Source of the DNA: Botryllus schlosseri
Lineage: Eukaryota
NCBI GenBank assembly: GCA_051294905.1
Contig: CM119378.1
Span: forward strand, 21,080,001-21,144,000
Direction of reading: 5' to 3'
DNA length: 64,000 nt
The notes beneath the pieces are model-generated. The model did no database searches. It saw nothing but the letters and a program-made list of their open reading frames with translations, and was not told where the DNA came from. This document shows positions 1 through 11,550 of the stretch, piece by piece (positions within the stretch are counted from its first letter, which is position 1; every line of letters starts with the position of its first letter). The position numbers were made by a program, and so were the translations under genes.

Positions 1-1106
1 TACCAGGCGATATTATCATACTAATATATCTAGAACAGACACTATAATCGGTGCTGACTAGAATTCATTGATAAGCAACAGAAATCAGACATTAGGGCGG
101 CAGACCGAATTCATTCCCTTTTATCAAATGATGTCAAATGATTCCATAATATTAATTCTGAATACATGTCTTCAATTTGAAGTGGGATGCTTCATTGTCA
201 AAACTATGTAATATTTAAAATTACGGATGATTAGGTCGCTGTTCTAGCAACATATCTTCACAAATAACGCAATTGGTAAAACGGTCTTTTCGAAACTTCA
301 TGGCGACGATATATATTGGTATATTTCCATGATATCTTTGTTTTCATTCGTGACTTGATGTTAGCCCTGTGTGTGAATTGAGGGATTAAAATATTTTGCT
401 GTGAGCACGGAGGATTCGACTTTGGTATTCCAGTTACATTCGCAAATACATAACACGACTTTAGGTCAAGACATTAAAAGAGTCATTAAACCGTCCCTCT
501 GAACCAACGAAGACAATGAGAGATTTGAGCAAATAAGTTTTACGCCAATTGGCATATCTTGAAAGTGCTCATTTCGTTTACAGAATTCCTGCAAGTGGCT
601 TTGGAGGCTGGGACATATCGAATCAATATATAATAATATAGAAATAGGACCATACATATTTCCATTATTTTTTTATCGCAGTACCTTACAATGGCTGAGC
701 CTTGGCATTTCAGCTATGTGAGTAACTAAATATCCTTCTGTCCATTATCTGTCGCAAACTCTACACTTGGCGTCAATGTCGCGCAGGCTTCTTACTATAC
801 ACAACATCGCCGCCGGACTGTTATTATTTGACATTTGAATATGTTCGACATTCCCTTCTTGATGGATTATTTACTTGAAATTATATCTTATTGAATGAAA
901 TTCTTAACTTTCGATCGAAAGTTCAGGCCTTGAGTTCACGTTTAGCTGGCATTGTCATATTACATCATCGCCGAGGGCTTGCCAATCAGGCGTTGAGCAC
1001 CAGCCGCAGTTTTGGCACTTTTTATACCGGATGTACGAAACATTTTCGGCGAGACGTGCCGAAACTTGTAAAGTTGACATCGACCAGAATTTTCCGTAAC
1101 AGTATT

Positions 1107-2647
1107 CAGTAATCTACCGGTTAAGTACGCACCCGTTTAAGTTCGCATCCCAGCTAAGTACGCAAAAATTCTTCACAATTTTTGGGTTCAACTTTTTCAA
1201 CAATTTATTTGATTTAAACAGCAAGCACAATAACAGAATGTCAGGAAAACTTTTACGTCACTACTTGAACAGGTCGTGCAAAGTCATTGATGCATATTTT
1301 GCATTTTTTGTTGCTTGGCTTCCACTGTCACCTGTCTCAGTTTTCGATGAAGCATTCAAATGAGCTTTTGAAGTTGTCAGCACCTCCTGCTTGATCTTAT
1401 AAGGCAGTACACAGCAACTGATCCTCAACTTCAAGCACTTTATTATAAAGTTGTTCGAAGCCATGAAAAACGATGCTGTTTTCGACAGGTGCAGAATCGT
1501 TGCTTACGCCAGCCTCGTCGTCATTGTCAGTCTGCATCGTTTCCAACACCTCATTCATGTCACCCAAAATCGCCTGTGAATACTCTTCATTATTCTCATC
1601 ATCAAAATGCATAAATCCTTCTAGCTCGTCTTTGTCAATCGTAGGCCTAATATCCATGGAGTTTAAACAGTGCAGAATATCAGACATGTAAGACATAAAA
1701 TTAACTTCCTCGTCAATGCCACCATCCAACGAAGTTAGTAGTTGAGCCTCGTTAAATTCATGAGTTTCTTACCGTAGCATTCGATACTGAATCCCATGCT
1801 TGCTTTAAATAGTGAATAACATCCAGCAAATGAGCAGGGTTTCCATAAGCAACACCTGCTGCACCTCTGGGTCTTCAAGTTCTCGTCAAGCTTGTAAAAG
1901 TCCAGAACCTCCTGAGATATAAATATTTGTACCTCTTCTTCAGTGGCGCGATGATTCCCATGTTACGCTTCCTTGTCCACTTCAGCACCTTCACCATGAA
2001 GAAGAATATTCCGCAATCCTCGACGTGCTCTGAATCGGCTAAGCCGCCGCCACGACGCCTGAATATCATCTTCTGATATCGATAATTGTTGAGCGATTTG
2101 TTTTGCTTTTGAAATGACCATTGAAGGGGGAACAGGAAGACTTGCACGGCGCATGCTATCAATCCAAAGATATTGACAATCTTCCAGCTCAGGAAACCGA
2201 CCAACAGATGCTCGAAACTATTTTGTTTTTGTCTACTCCGACATCAGAGTAGAGCACTTTCGTAAAACTTCCTGGTTTTTCAAAATCTTTCGGATAGCAG
2301 CTTCACTCACGCCATACTCTCTTGCGACACTTCTTTTACTAGGAGCGGACGGCACACACAACTTGGCGATGACTTCCTCCAATCTTTGGGATTCACTTAC
2401 ACGCTTGCCTTTACCTGACATCATGCGAACGATAAAATTGCACAGTCTACCCAGTACTCGTGCTGTGCTGTACTCAGTACAGTACTGTAACTTTTACGAA
2501 TGGATGAGCATGGACAGCGCATCGTCAATAACGCAAAATTTGGGTATTGAGTACATGCATGGCTGCACAACTGCTAAGTACGCCTTACCACATAAGTTCG
2601 CACAAACTACTCAGGATCAATTTGCGTACTTAATCGGGAGATTCGTG
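1107..2647 (-). mobile_element. pogo/Tigger-family DNA transposon, internally deleted
   Basis: Seen: imperfect 25-bp TIRs CAGTAATCTACCGGTTAAGTACGCA (1107-1131) and TGCGTACTTAATCGGGAGATTCGTG (2623-2647), plus repeated subterminal TAAGT(A/T)CGC motifs at both ends. Knowledge: internal ORF pieces match pogo/CENP-B helix-turn-helix domains. TA TSD is not intact. Confidence 0.85.
1261..2424 (-). pseudogene. Fragmented pogo/Tigger transposase (two N-terminal HTH domains and acidic C-terminus; no recognisable DDE core)
   Basis: Seen: 2233-2424 SKRSVAREYGVSEAAIRKILK (psq-type HTH); 1963-2154 MVISKAKQIAQQL...ASWRRLSRFRARRGL..LHGE (CENP-B-type HTH); acidic tail 1397-1729. Family assignment is from motif knowledge. 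Confidence 0.8.
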
Positions 2648-3202
2648 GCATGGGCCTACTTATATTGAGTTCCAGCGACCCTTTTTAATACCAGCCGCCG
2701 TTTCGGAACGTTCGCCGGAAATCGAGGTTAGTGTAAACGCGTTTATTAGAATATCTTGTGCCTCACGAAACCATATTTCCAAGTTTCTCCAGTTCAATTT
2801 CACTGCGATGAAGCACTTCTTCATGTTTGAGGCGATGGAAGCCTGTTACGGCACGGTTCGGACTGTTGTGTTACCGCAAGGACATCGTGGACTGCGAGCT
2901 GCGTTGCTACTACGGCATATGTTATATCAGTTTGAATATACCTCTACCTACTGCCGGAGGATAATATGTGCTCCTCATCGCCGATCCCGCTGTTAATACA
3001 GCGCCTTCAAAAGCCCAGAGGATGAGAAAGCTGAACTCAAGAAAGCCGACAGCAGAGACCGATAAAAAGTACGCAAGAAAGCGGAAATACCTCAAAAAGT
3101 CACGAACTTATGAAATTACTGTGCGGGCGCAAAAGACCCAAGTGTTGATGAGCGCCAATTGTGTTAATAGAACTAACAAACCAGTACTGACATGCTCAGA
3201 TA

Positions 3203-5848
3203 CATGGCCTACTAAAAACACGGCCTTACAGTCTGCCTATTGACCTGAAAATTAAGAGGCCAGTTCTGAAAAAGTGTAAATGTCACCGTCGTACCTACGC
3301 AGATGGTAAGTAGCGCGCAAGTCAAAATCACAGTGGATTCTGACCAGGATTAATTGTGTTAAGATGATGGAGTATCGTTTTAACAAGGAAATAATCATTT
3401 TAGTCCCAAAAAAGCTGCTAATCATGTGGACAATCCGCGGATATCACTGCAAAAACTCGTGCGGATGAATACAGTTGTAGTTGTTGTTGAAGTCAAGACA
3501 TTTGTAGTTGTTCGGGATGAGCCGTCTGGTGCTGTTCGTCGCATTGCACTTGTTTCTTTCGCTATCTAGGGTCTATTCACGAGCTAAGGGTCATTATTAT
3601 CATTTGATAGTTTAGTTAGCAATCAGGTTACGGTTCCCCGATAATGCCAGCGGTTCAAGTTGACGCGAATAACGTCGTGTTCGAACGGCTCCATTGTAGT
3701 ATGATAATCTGCCTGCTCGCTAACATAGTCTTGGATATGGTAGTCTATTTTGACGAATTGTATAGCTGGTAGCGTTGGTTCTAAGACATTTATAATGACG
3801 AAGGCATGTTCATTTAACTGCTTCTATAGAATTTCATTAATTGTTGCAAGGCTTGGATAGGGTGCTGTGCCTGAATACTATTTTGCTTTAACAGTGATGT
3901 ATAATTTGTTAATATTCATTTTCTAGTGTAGTTAATAGGCGATGGTTCTTGAGTGTCGCGTGGTTGGGTGTACTTCTGGATATACTACTGCCAAAGTCTC
4001 AAGCAGGGGATCAGCATATTGTACACTATGAGCTATCTTTGGAAGGCTTTCCCAAAATCAAGAATGCCATAAACAATCACAGTCAATTGAGGGTGCAGAT
4101 GCAATACAATGGGATACCTGTGCCTTTACCAACATGGTTCTGCACAAGCAGAAATACTCTGCTCAAAAGGAAATGCGAGCTACTAAACTTCCCAAGCTAT
4201 TTGGATAGTCTTACCGATCCGGATCCCGAAGTAGATATTTTAGAGGAGGTGCATAATCCAAGATACCACAAGGCTGGCAATACTCTGGCATCTTCTGGCA
4301 ATATGATCCGGTCCTGCTTGCTTTTGCGTTCTATTTCTTGCCAAGCGTACAAGTCACGTTTGGAAACGTTCCATATGCCATCTTTGAGCTGTTTGCGAAC
4401 AAGACTAAAGGGACTATTGATTTTTCAAAGGCCATGGAAATTTCTGAGAATGTTATCGTGATGCTGGATGAAAAATGAAATATCTGCAAAAAAGTCTGCA
4501 ATATCATTATGCAACTATTATGGTGCTGATGAAGATGGAAATCTTTACAAAGGCGTCATATTGATTATGATCAAGGGACTTGAAAAATCACTTCCGTTAG
4601 TCCTACAAATTTTACCAGAAACACAAATTTAAGGTACCTGGTTAGCGCAAAAGATGTCTGATTGCATCACGAAAATCTTGTATCTAGGATTTAATATGAG
4701 AGGTATTGTTTCTGACAACCAAAGCACCAACGTTTGTGCTTTCAATATACTGTCATCGCAGTTTGGTTCAAACTCCGAGTTGTTCATCAATCATCCAAGT
4801 TGCAAGACAAAAATCTATCTATTTTATGACAACGTTCATTTGGTGAAGAGCATTCGCAACAATCTACTGAATCTGGGAGATTTTCCTTTCCATCATTCTA
4901 TATTAAAGGTGGCGATATATCCATAATTAGCCCTGCTGGTTATATTGCATGGCAATTGAAGTGTAATTTGCGAATGGCTCCAAAGCTAACAAAAAAAGCA
5001 CTACATCCTGGCCACAACAAGCAGAACGTCAACCTGGCACTGGCTATTGTTGATGAAAAAACCATAGCAGCTTGCTCTAAATACTTCCAGATAAGGCGGA
5101 TACCTCAAAGTCATACATATGTGGTGGAGTGTTGTGAACAGCAAGCAGAGGTCTTGGTAATGCTGTCATTCTGCGGACTGCACCGAGTGTAACTTATCCC
5201 GCACGACTGATGAAACCGAAGAGGAATATGATGAATATTTCAGTTTGGTGGATAGGGGATGGTTGACAATACCTGCCGTTGAAGTGGCCCATTTTGTATT
5301 TGATTCCTTCGCAGTTCTAGATTCGGCTAAAACTGTTCCTCTGCGCCGTGCAGCATTACGTGTGTTGAAAGTTGTGTTAGGTAAATCCCGAATTGGTTGC
5401 AATGCACATAGTGAAAATTGTGCAAATGTCGCGTTCAAGAAAATTGTGAACATTTTTTACAATAATCAGCAAAAATTTGCAAATTCCTCACTCAGGGAAG
5501 ACTCAGTTCGCCAATTTGAAGCGAGACAAAGGCAAAAGAAGTTATAGTCCTGTAAGGCTGTGATATTTGTTTTCTAAGGCTCTAATTCAAGAGTTTCTGC
5601 ACCTATTTTTCTTTGATTATGCAAATTTCGTTCCTAATTTTTTCGTTATATATTGCTGCAATAGACTATTTTTTACATACATTCTGCGCCGGTGTGTTAG
5701 TAGAGTACCAGAGACAGGCAGCATTATAACAATATCGCATTTCTGACCAATTGAGTGCACAGCTGGTAAGGGTTGGAAAGTAGACTTTAGGCCTCTTAAT
5801 TTTCAGGTCAATAGGCAGACTGTAAGGCCGTGTTTTTAGTAGGCCATG
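3203..5848 (+). mobile_element. P-element superfamily (THAP9-like) DNA transposon, defective
   Basis: Seen: perfect 59-bp TIRs (3203-3261 and 5790-5848, starting CATGGCCTACTAAAAACACGG) and an exact 7-bp TSD TCAGATA (3196-3202, 5849-5855). Knowledge: 7-8 bp TSDs and the internal motifs fit P transposons. Confidence 0.92.
3949..5547 (+). pseudogene. P/THAP9-type transposase, frameshifted and internally deleted
   Basis: Seen: fragments LLLRSISCQAY...PSLSCL, VMLDE, GIVSDNQSTNV, LFYDNVHLVKSIRNNLLN, HPGHNKQNVNLALAI and DRGWLTIP in different frames with stops between them. Knowledge: these are P-transposase RNase H-fold motifs. Confidence 0.85.
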
Positions 5849-6906
5849 TCAGATATGATGTCCGAGTGGCAAAACGGTCCGTGCATATACCCCGAGCACG
5901 GCGTTCGAGTGGGAACACCGTCCAAACACATTGTAAATTCGCGCAACTGAACCAAACCTTCACCATAAACCCGCCGCGAGCGCACCCACAATGAACGACG
6001 CATCACCAAAACGTCAAAGTTTAGTCACAGTGTTGCGAAAACACAGCAGGGCCGCTTGTGTTCATACTGGACTGGTTAGGTAAAAAAAAATCCGTAAATA
6101 AACCTGTTCACACTGGCTCGGAAATCGACGGTCACGGTCACATATAGATTGGTTTCTGTAAATAATTTCGGGAAATTTTGCTCCCGAAACATTGGTATGA
6201 AAAGGGCCTTAGTTGCTGAAGATAGTTTCTGCTTGGAATGAATGGTCTTAACCGTGACGACAGAGCTGCGATATTATAGCGAATCTTATTCGTGTATTAT
6301 TATTATTATTACCAGTAAAATCGTGATAGTGGCGCTTGTCACAGTACAGGTTTTGTGCGCCACTTCTATACCGATTATTAGAAGGAATTAGCATTATCCA
6401 AATATATACAGAATCGCTCTGTATTGTTGGTATACCAACGTGTACATTAAATATACGGAACTAACCGACAATATACAATATACCAACACGACATTGACAC
6501 ATTTAGTTACACAAATAATGAATATACAATTATACATGTATTAGCTATACTATACATATGGTCCTGAAGATATCACAGACTCCACAACATTAATCATATC
6601 TTTGGATCTGTTAGAACGTCTGTCAGTTCCAAATTCATGCTGTTAATTTATTCGTGTAACTATAGAGATTGTAGGATGGAGTGACGACTGATTTAAATGC
6701 CCAATTGATATTCATCCGCGACATATTTTGTTGACAGGATTTTGTAGGAACTATCTTGTTAAAATGGATATTTTTGGTATTATTGCAGATAATACTTTTA
6801 ATATTTGATATTGTAATAGTATTAGTGCATATTCACACAGAAATACTCACCATAATTAAACTGCACTATTTACACTGCGCGCAATAATTTTCAACTCCCT
6901 TTAGAT

Positions 6907-7979
6907 CAGGCCTGGGCAAAGGGCGGCCCGCGGGCCACATGCGGCCCGCTAAGCTATTCTGTGCGGCCCGCGAAAGGTTCCTTGGAAATCAAAACATAAA
7001 ACTTGCTTTTTGAATGATTAAAACTGGCTGTATCAAATGAACAGGAAATTCGTTTACTTTGTAGTATGTTCAGTTCATTAATATGCGACGATAACGCTGC
7101 CTACGTACGCATGCGTAGTCCAGATTCAAACTAAAGGCAACGTGGCAAAGTAGAAATCACTCTTCCTATATAGTTTAGTTCAAACCTTCCTTGTTGCCAT
7201 TGTCAAATTACGCATTATACGGTATGAGTTTCAATTTCTCGGTCACGCGGTCAAGGGAGAGCGAAGTTCAGAAAAACTGCAAGTTTCGCTCAACATAAAG
7301 GTTATTTAAGTTGTACAGAGTATACACTGCTCGGAAGGCAGCGACCAAGAAAATAAGCTTTGTACTATTACATATACATTTCAGTGCTGTGGTTCTCAAA
7401 CTGGGAGACGTGAAAGCACCAGAAGGGTGGCGCGAAGCTGAAGTTTATTGAAACAATTTTTCGCGCTCCGCGCGATATACCCCAGCTTATAGTTGTTGCT
7501 TTGTGTATTGTCCGACTTTATATAAGTCACAATTCTCTCATTAACAGCCATGATCTTCCATGCTATCAAACTATCTATTGGGATTACTAGAATTCCGGTT
7601 GCACTTTTCAATATTTTGTGATATCATGATAAGGGGGCTCGAAATTGTTCACTATCATAAAAAGAGGAGTGCCTGAAAAAGTTTGAGAACCACTGTTTTA
7701 AATTCATAATAGAAGAACGTGGATAGGGGTTTAAGAAAGCAAAAATGTATCATGTTTAATAAAGTTGCGAATCATGACAGCAAATAGATATTTTTTTAAT
7801 TAACCGTCACTTTCTCCTTACCTAATATCAACACATTCACTGAGGAGCATTTATTAGGAATGTTATTTACAAATAAAATTAAAATACGCTGGAGAATATA
7901 GCTAAAATTTTTCACTCGGCCCGCCAACGTATGAATGTTTGTCATTTGGCCCGCGGAGAAAAATAATTGCCCACCCCTG
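6907..7979. mobile_element. Non-autonomous hAT (Buster/Charlie-like) MITE
   Basis: Seen: ends CAGGCCTGGGCAAA...ATTGCCCACCCCTG, GGCCCGC subterminal repeats, and exact 8-bp TSD CTTTAGAT (6899-6906, 7980-7987). Confidence 0.9.
7387..7695. mobile_element. Small hAT MITE nested in the 6907-7979 element
   Basis: Seen: 16-bp TIRs CTGTGGTTCTCAAACT / AGTTTGAGAACCACTG (one mismatch); TSD not preserved. Confidence 0.7.
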
Positions 7980-8503
7980 CTTTAGATCGCTCACGCTCCG
8001 CTCTGCGTAGTCGATAACCCATTGTTACAAGCACGACTATCAATCCCATATTGAATTCAGATGGTGAAAGTTGGAGAAGTTGTTGATAATAACGCATATT
8101 TGTTGATGGGAATGGGTCTGCATATAGAAGGTTGAATAGTTATACAGGAATGTCATAAAAATTGGATGTCTTAATATGGGCGTATCAGTGTAGGCTGATC
8201 TTGGATACTTGTGTGAAGGACTAGCGTTTAATCTCGTGAATCTGCCATGCATTTTAACTTGCCGACGAGAAAATAGAAGTCATTATTCTGAATGTTATGC
8301 TTGCACAGAAGTTTTGATTCATTTATAACCTATACTAAATGTGATAGTTATGGCGGGAGGTGGGAGGATTGGAGATCAATCGACCAGGAGGAATTTCTCA
8401 ATGCTTTGAAGCAATGGATGAGTGAAGGGGAATCAGTTGCGGCGTATGGTGGCATATTCCCCACCGTGAGAGAGCTCAAGGAGCATGGGAAAGTGCATAA
8501 ACT

Positions 8504-8543
8504 CCCGTCGCTAACTGAGCAAACCCGTCGCTAACTGAGCAAA
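8504..8543. repeat. Exact 20-bp tandem duplication
   Basis: Seen: CCCGTCGCTAACTGAGCAAA twice. Confidence 0.9.
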
Positions 8544-8928
8544 TTGATATCGACCGAGTAATCGACATTTTGAAGATCGCTTGCCTCAATTGTCATTCTA
8601 TTTCCAAGTTTGGGCCACGGCTTGGGGAATTGGATTTAAATCTTGTTGCTCCACTTGTCAGCTGCTTGAATGCTGTGTTCTGTGACATTGGTACTGATGG
8701 CATATCTACTTGTGATATCAAGCCATTAATCTTGCTATACCCCAAATTTTGCTGTTCAAATTCGTAGCTGATTGAACCAAATCTGGAATATGTTTTGTGC
8801 CTCTCTGTCACTGGCAACTCTTTTCTTCGAAAACGGATCTTCATTTCTTTTTATATGAATAAACATATCAATTGGAATCATTTGGTGCATTCGTTTCTTC
8901 ATCTGAGTGAGAGATACCACGCATACTT

Positions 8929-9790
8929 TTATGAATATGCTACAGTACATCTTTCAGGCAATAAATTTACCTTTGGCAGAGCTCTCATTTTGAGTTGCTT
9001 TCTGGGTTTCAGCTGAATGATATCACTATATAAATTAAACATGGAACGGCAACGACCAATTTTGCAGCTTCGTTCCGCTTCGCTGAGGCTGGAGTGGAGA
9101 ATTGTTTTGCGTAAGCGACTGTAGGATTTCTGGCAATCCAAAAGCTATCTTCCCGAGCGCAGAAATTATTGAATCTGGTATAGATCGAACGCTACTGTGG
9201 CTCCGATTCTGAAAATATAAATAAAAATATTGATCAGGCACTGATCCACCTAGAATCTGTCCTCCAATCTGAAATAAATATCGGCATTGTTCAGAACAAT
9301 CTGGTGACCGCAACACAATGGCCATAACAATCAAACGTTGCGATTCTCCGATTGTTCGAACAATGCCGATATTTCTGACTTGGAGGACGGTTTCTAGGTG
9401 GATCAATGCCTGATCATTATTTTAATCCGTATTTTCGGAATCGGTGCAACAGTAGCTTTCGATCAAGACCAGATTCAGTAATTTCTGCGCTCGGGAAGAT
9501 AGCTTTTGGATTGCCAGAAATCCTACAGTCGCTTACGCAAAACAATTCTCCACTCCAGCCTCGGCGAAGCGGAACGAAGCTGCAAAATCGGTCGTTGCCG
9601 TTTCATGCTTAATTTCTATAATATCACACTCCTCAAAATGATTCTAGCGGACCACGCCTCTATTGTAAATTACTCTGTTAATTCGGTTGAGGTTGAGACG
9701 GCTGCTAGCTTAGGTCTCCGTATGGAGCAACGTATTGATACGCGGGTTATTCACAAAGCTACATCCAGGGATAGCGCAGTTGTTGACCAT
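8929..9790 (-). pseudogene. THAP zinc-finger coding remnant interrupted by a foldback element
   Basis: Seen: minus strand from ATG 9790 reads MVNNCAIPGC...GVVR*NHFEECDI and continues in frame IQLKPRKQLKMRALPKV once 9027-9620 and one TSD copy are removed; two in-frame stops. Knowledge: C-x4-C...HF...(AVP-like) layout of THAP domains. Confidence 0.7.
9027..9620. mobile_element. Foldback element with about 270-bp inverted arms
   Basis: Seen: 9027-9301 is a near reverse complement of 9350-9620 around a 48-bp spacer; 7-bp TSD ATATCAC (9020-9026, 9621-9627). Confidence 0.9.
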
Positions 9791-10661
9791 AATTGCAGGG
9801 GCGGTTCTATTATTTTTATCTGCGTAAGACGCGAAATGTTCAACGGGATATAAGTCAATGCGATGTTGCCTAGTGGACAGAAAGGAAGATGTCAAAACGA
9901 ATAAGTACAATCTTCCAATGTAACATTCACCTCGGCCTAATGCCCGATGAAACAGTGTACGATATTGATCTTTTGGAGGTGATAATATTTTCTTTGCTCT
10001 TTTTCATTCGCTTTCCGTTTTTTCATCGGTTGCGTATGCACAGAAAATAGTTTGGGCAGCTCTGTATCGGTATCATCGGCTTTTAATGGCCACTCAATTA
10101 TTACGGCATAAAGCCCTATCAATTATAGCATTGTCTACGAGTTTACGGGATCCAAACGTAAATAGTCGGCCGTGGAGAACTTATCGCTGAATAAGGCATT
10201 GCGGGGAAGTGATTTCAGACGTGTTCTGGGTCGAGGACAGTTGTGAATATTTTTTAGTGAGAACGTATTGATGCTTCCTCGTAACAAGCAAAATTTTAAA
10301 TGTCTACCTCGAATATCTGCACCCTTTTTCGACGGTCAAATTCGTCCATGTATTTCCGAAATAGCCTATACTTTTACACGTAAAATAGGAACAATCGGAC
10401 TTTCGCGAACGGAATTTTACTACGCAAAGTCAAGCGTGACGGATCTAAACTGAGAACGATGAGTCGTCGCTCCATCCTACAATCTCTATAGTGTAACGTA
10501 GTTCTCTTCCTAGCTGGTGAAATTACTTTCTTCTCGCAGGCTTGGTGATGATAAAGTATATGTATAACTGTACTTGTAACTTTCCAAAAACGATTCCGCT
10601 CAAGTCAACAACACGAACCCATCACAAAAAGATGCCATCGTTACCTTTCAAGCTATAGTAA

Positions 10662-11050
10662 CCATGACTGCCTTTAGCGCCACATGAAATACGTCGAAAT
10701 TATATGCCTTAACAGACCGTGGCGAGATAGTGCAGTGGTATAATCCGCGGCTACAGCACCAATGGGTGCGGGTTCGAGCCCGACCGAGGTCGAATTCCGA
10801 AGTCCGGCACCCAAGTGTTGGAGGTTTACCCAGGCTCCTCCTCGCCACCTCATCCGCGTCAGCGGTGTCTTACAAAAGCCTAGAGGTGGGCCGTGCTCTA
10901 AGTCGGCAGTTTCGGAAATAAGAAGAATATCGGCCTGGTGTAAATGACCATAGTAGTCGACCAACACCATAAATACCCCAAAACAAACAAACCCACAAAC
11001 CGTGACTACCTTTAGCGCCACATGAAATACGTCGAAGTTATAGGCTCTAA
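10662..11050. repeat. About 50-bp direct repeat flanking SINE copy 1
   Basis: Seen: CC(A/G)TGACT(G/A)CCTTTAGCGCCACATGAAATACGTCGAA(A/G)TTATA... at 10662-10712 and 11000-11050. Confidence 0.85.
10716..10999 (+). mobile_element. tRNA-derived SINE, copy 1
   Basis: Seen: head GTGGCGAGATAGTGCAGTGG (A box) ...GGTTCGAGCCC (B box), a body shared with 33551-33857, and a (CAAA)n-like tail. Confidence 0.82.
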
Positions 11051-11215
11051 ATTCATCAACACGGTATTCTCGGTATTATTCTCGCAATTCCGGTAGACAT
11101 GGACATATTCATACTTTCAATCGCATCTAAGAAGAACTCGCAGGGCTTATATTGGAGATAATAAGACCCTGGTGTAATTTTGCATGCTGACTTGAAGGTG
11201 ACAGCTTGTCATATA

Positions 11216-11474
11216 TGTGAAAACCCAGTATTTGACATCTTGATATTTTCCGGTTGTAAAATTTTTGGTGAAACTTTCCGCGCGCTTTCCTTTGTTAGTC
11301 GGTCGACGGGATTGGTCTGGGGTTGGAGTGAGCACTGAGTACGGTAGTAAGTTGCTGCTTTTTAATTAAATGTTACTAAGATAATACGACTGGAGTCTGT
11401 GGCTGCATAAAGCGCAAATCTGCAGTATATGAAGGAATCGGACTATTGAACCAGACCAGGAAAGGGACGCTACA
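11216..11474 (+). repeat. 5' LTR (259 bp, TG...CA)
   Basis: Seen: starts TGTGAAAACC, ends GGACGCTACA just before the PBS; first 192 bp identical by eye to 14544-14735. Confidence 0.93.
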
Positions 11475-11478
11475 AATT

Positions 11479-11493
11479 TGGCGAGCACGCCAG
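11479..11493 (+). promoter_or_regulatory. Primer-binding site, probably tRNA-Arg
   Basis: Seen: TGGCGAGCACGCCAG 4 nt after the 5' LTR. Knowledge: the tRNA-Arg(ACG) 3' end gives TGGCGAGCCAGCCAG (13/15 match). Confidence 0.75.
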
Positions 11494-11550
11494 AACATAC
11501 TGTACTGATTTGTGCTATTGGAACAACGGCGACGCTGCGGTACCGAAAGG

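Noticed and set aside
682-1112. Exons of a plus-strand gene at the window start (682-717 has good AG/GTGAGT sites)
   Set aside because: I could not chain them into a consistent frame or recognise a product; left unannotated rather than guessed.
8929-9853. Duplicated short ORFs (MDCQKSYSRLRK..., ...VISALGKIAFGLPE...) as a gene pair
   Set aside because: They are artefacts of translating the two arms of the foldback palindrome.
10719-10795. tRNA gene
   Set aside because: A and B boxes are present, but I could not form a clean acceptor stem or cloverleaf, and the sequence continues into a body and tail shared with a second copy, so it is a SINE head.
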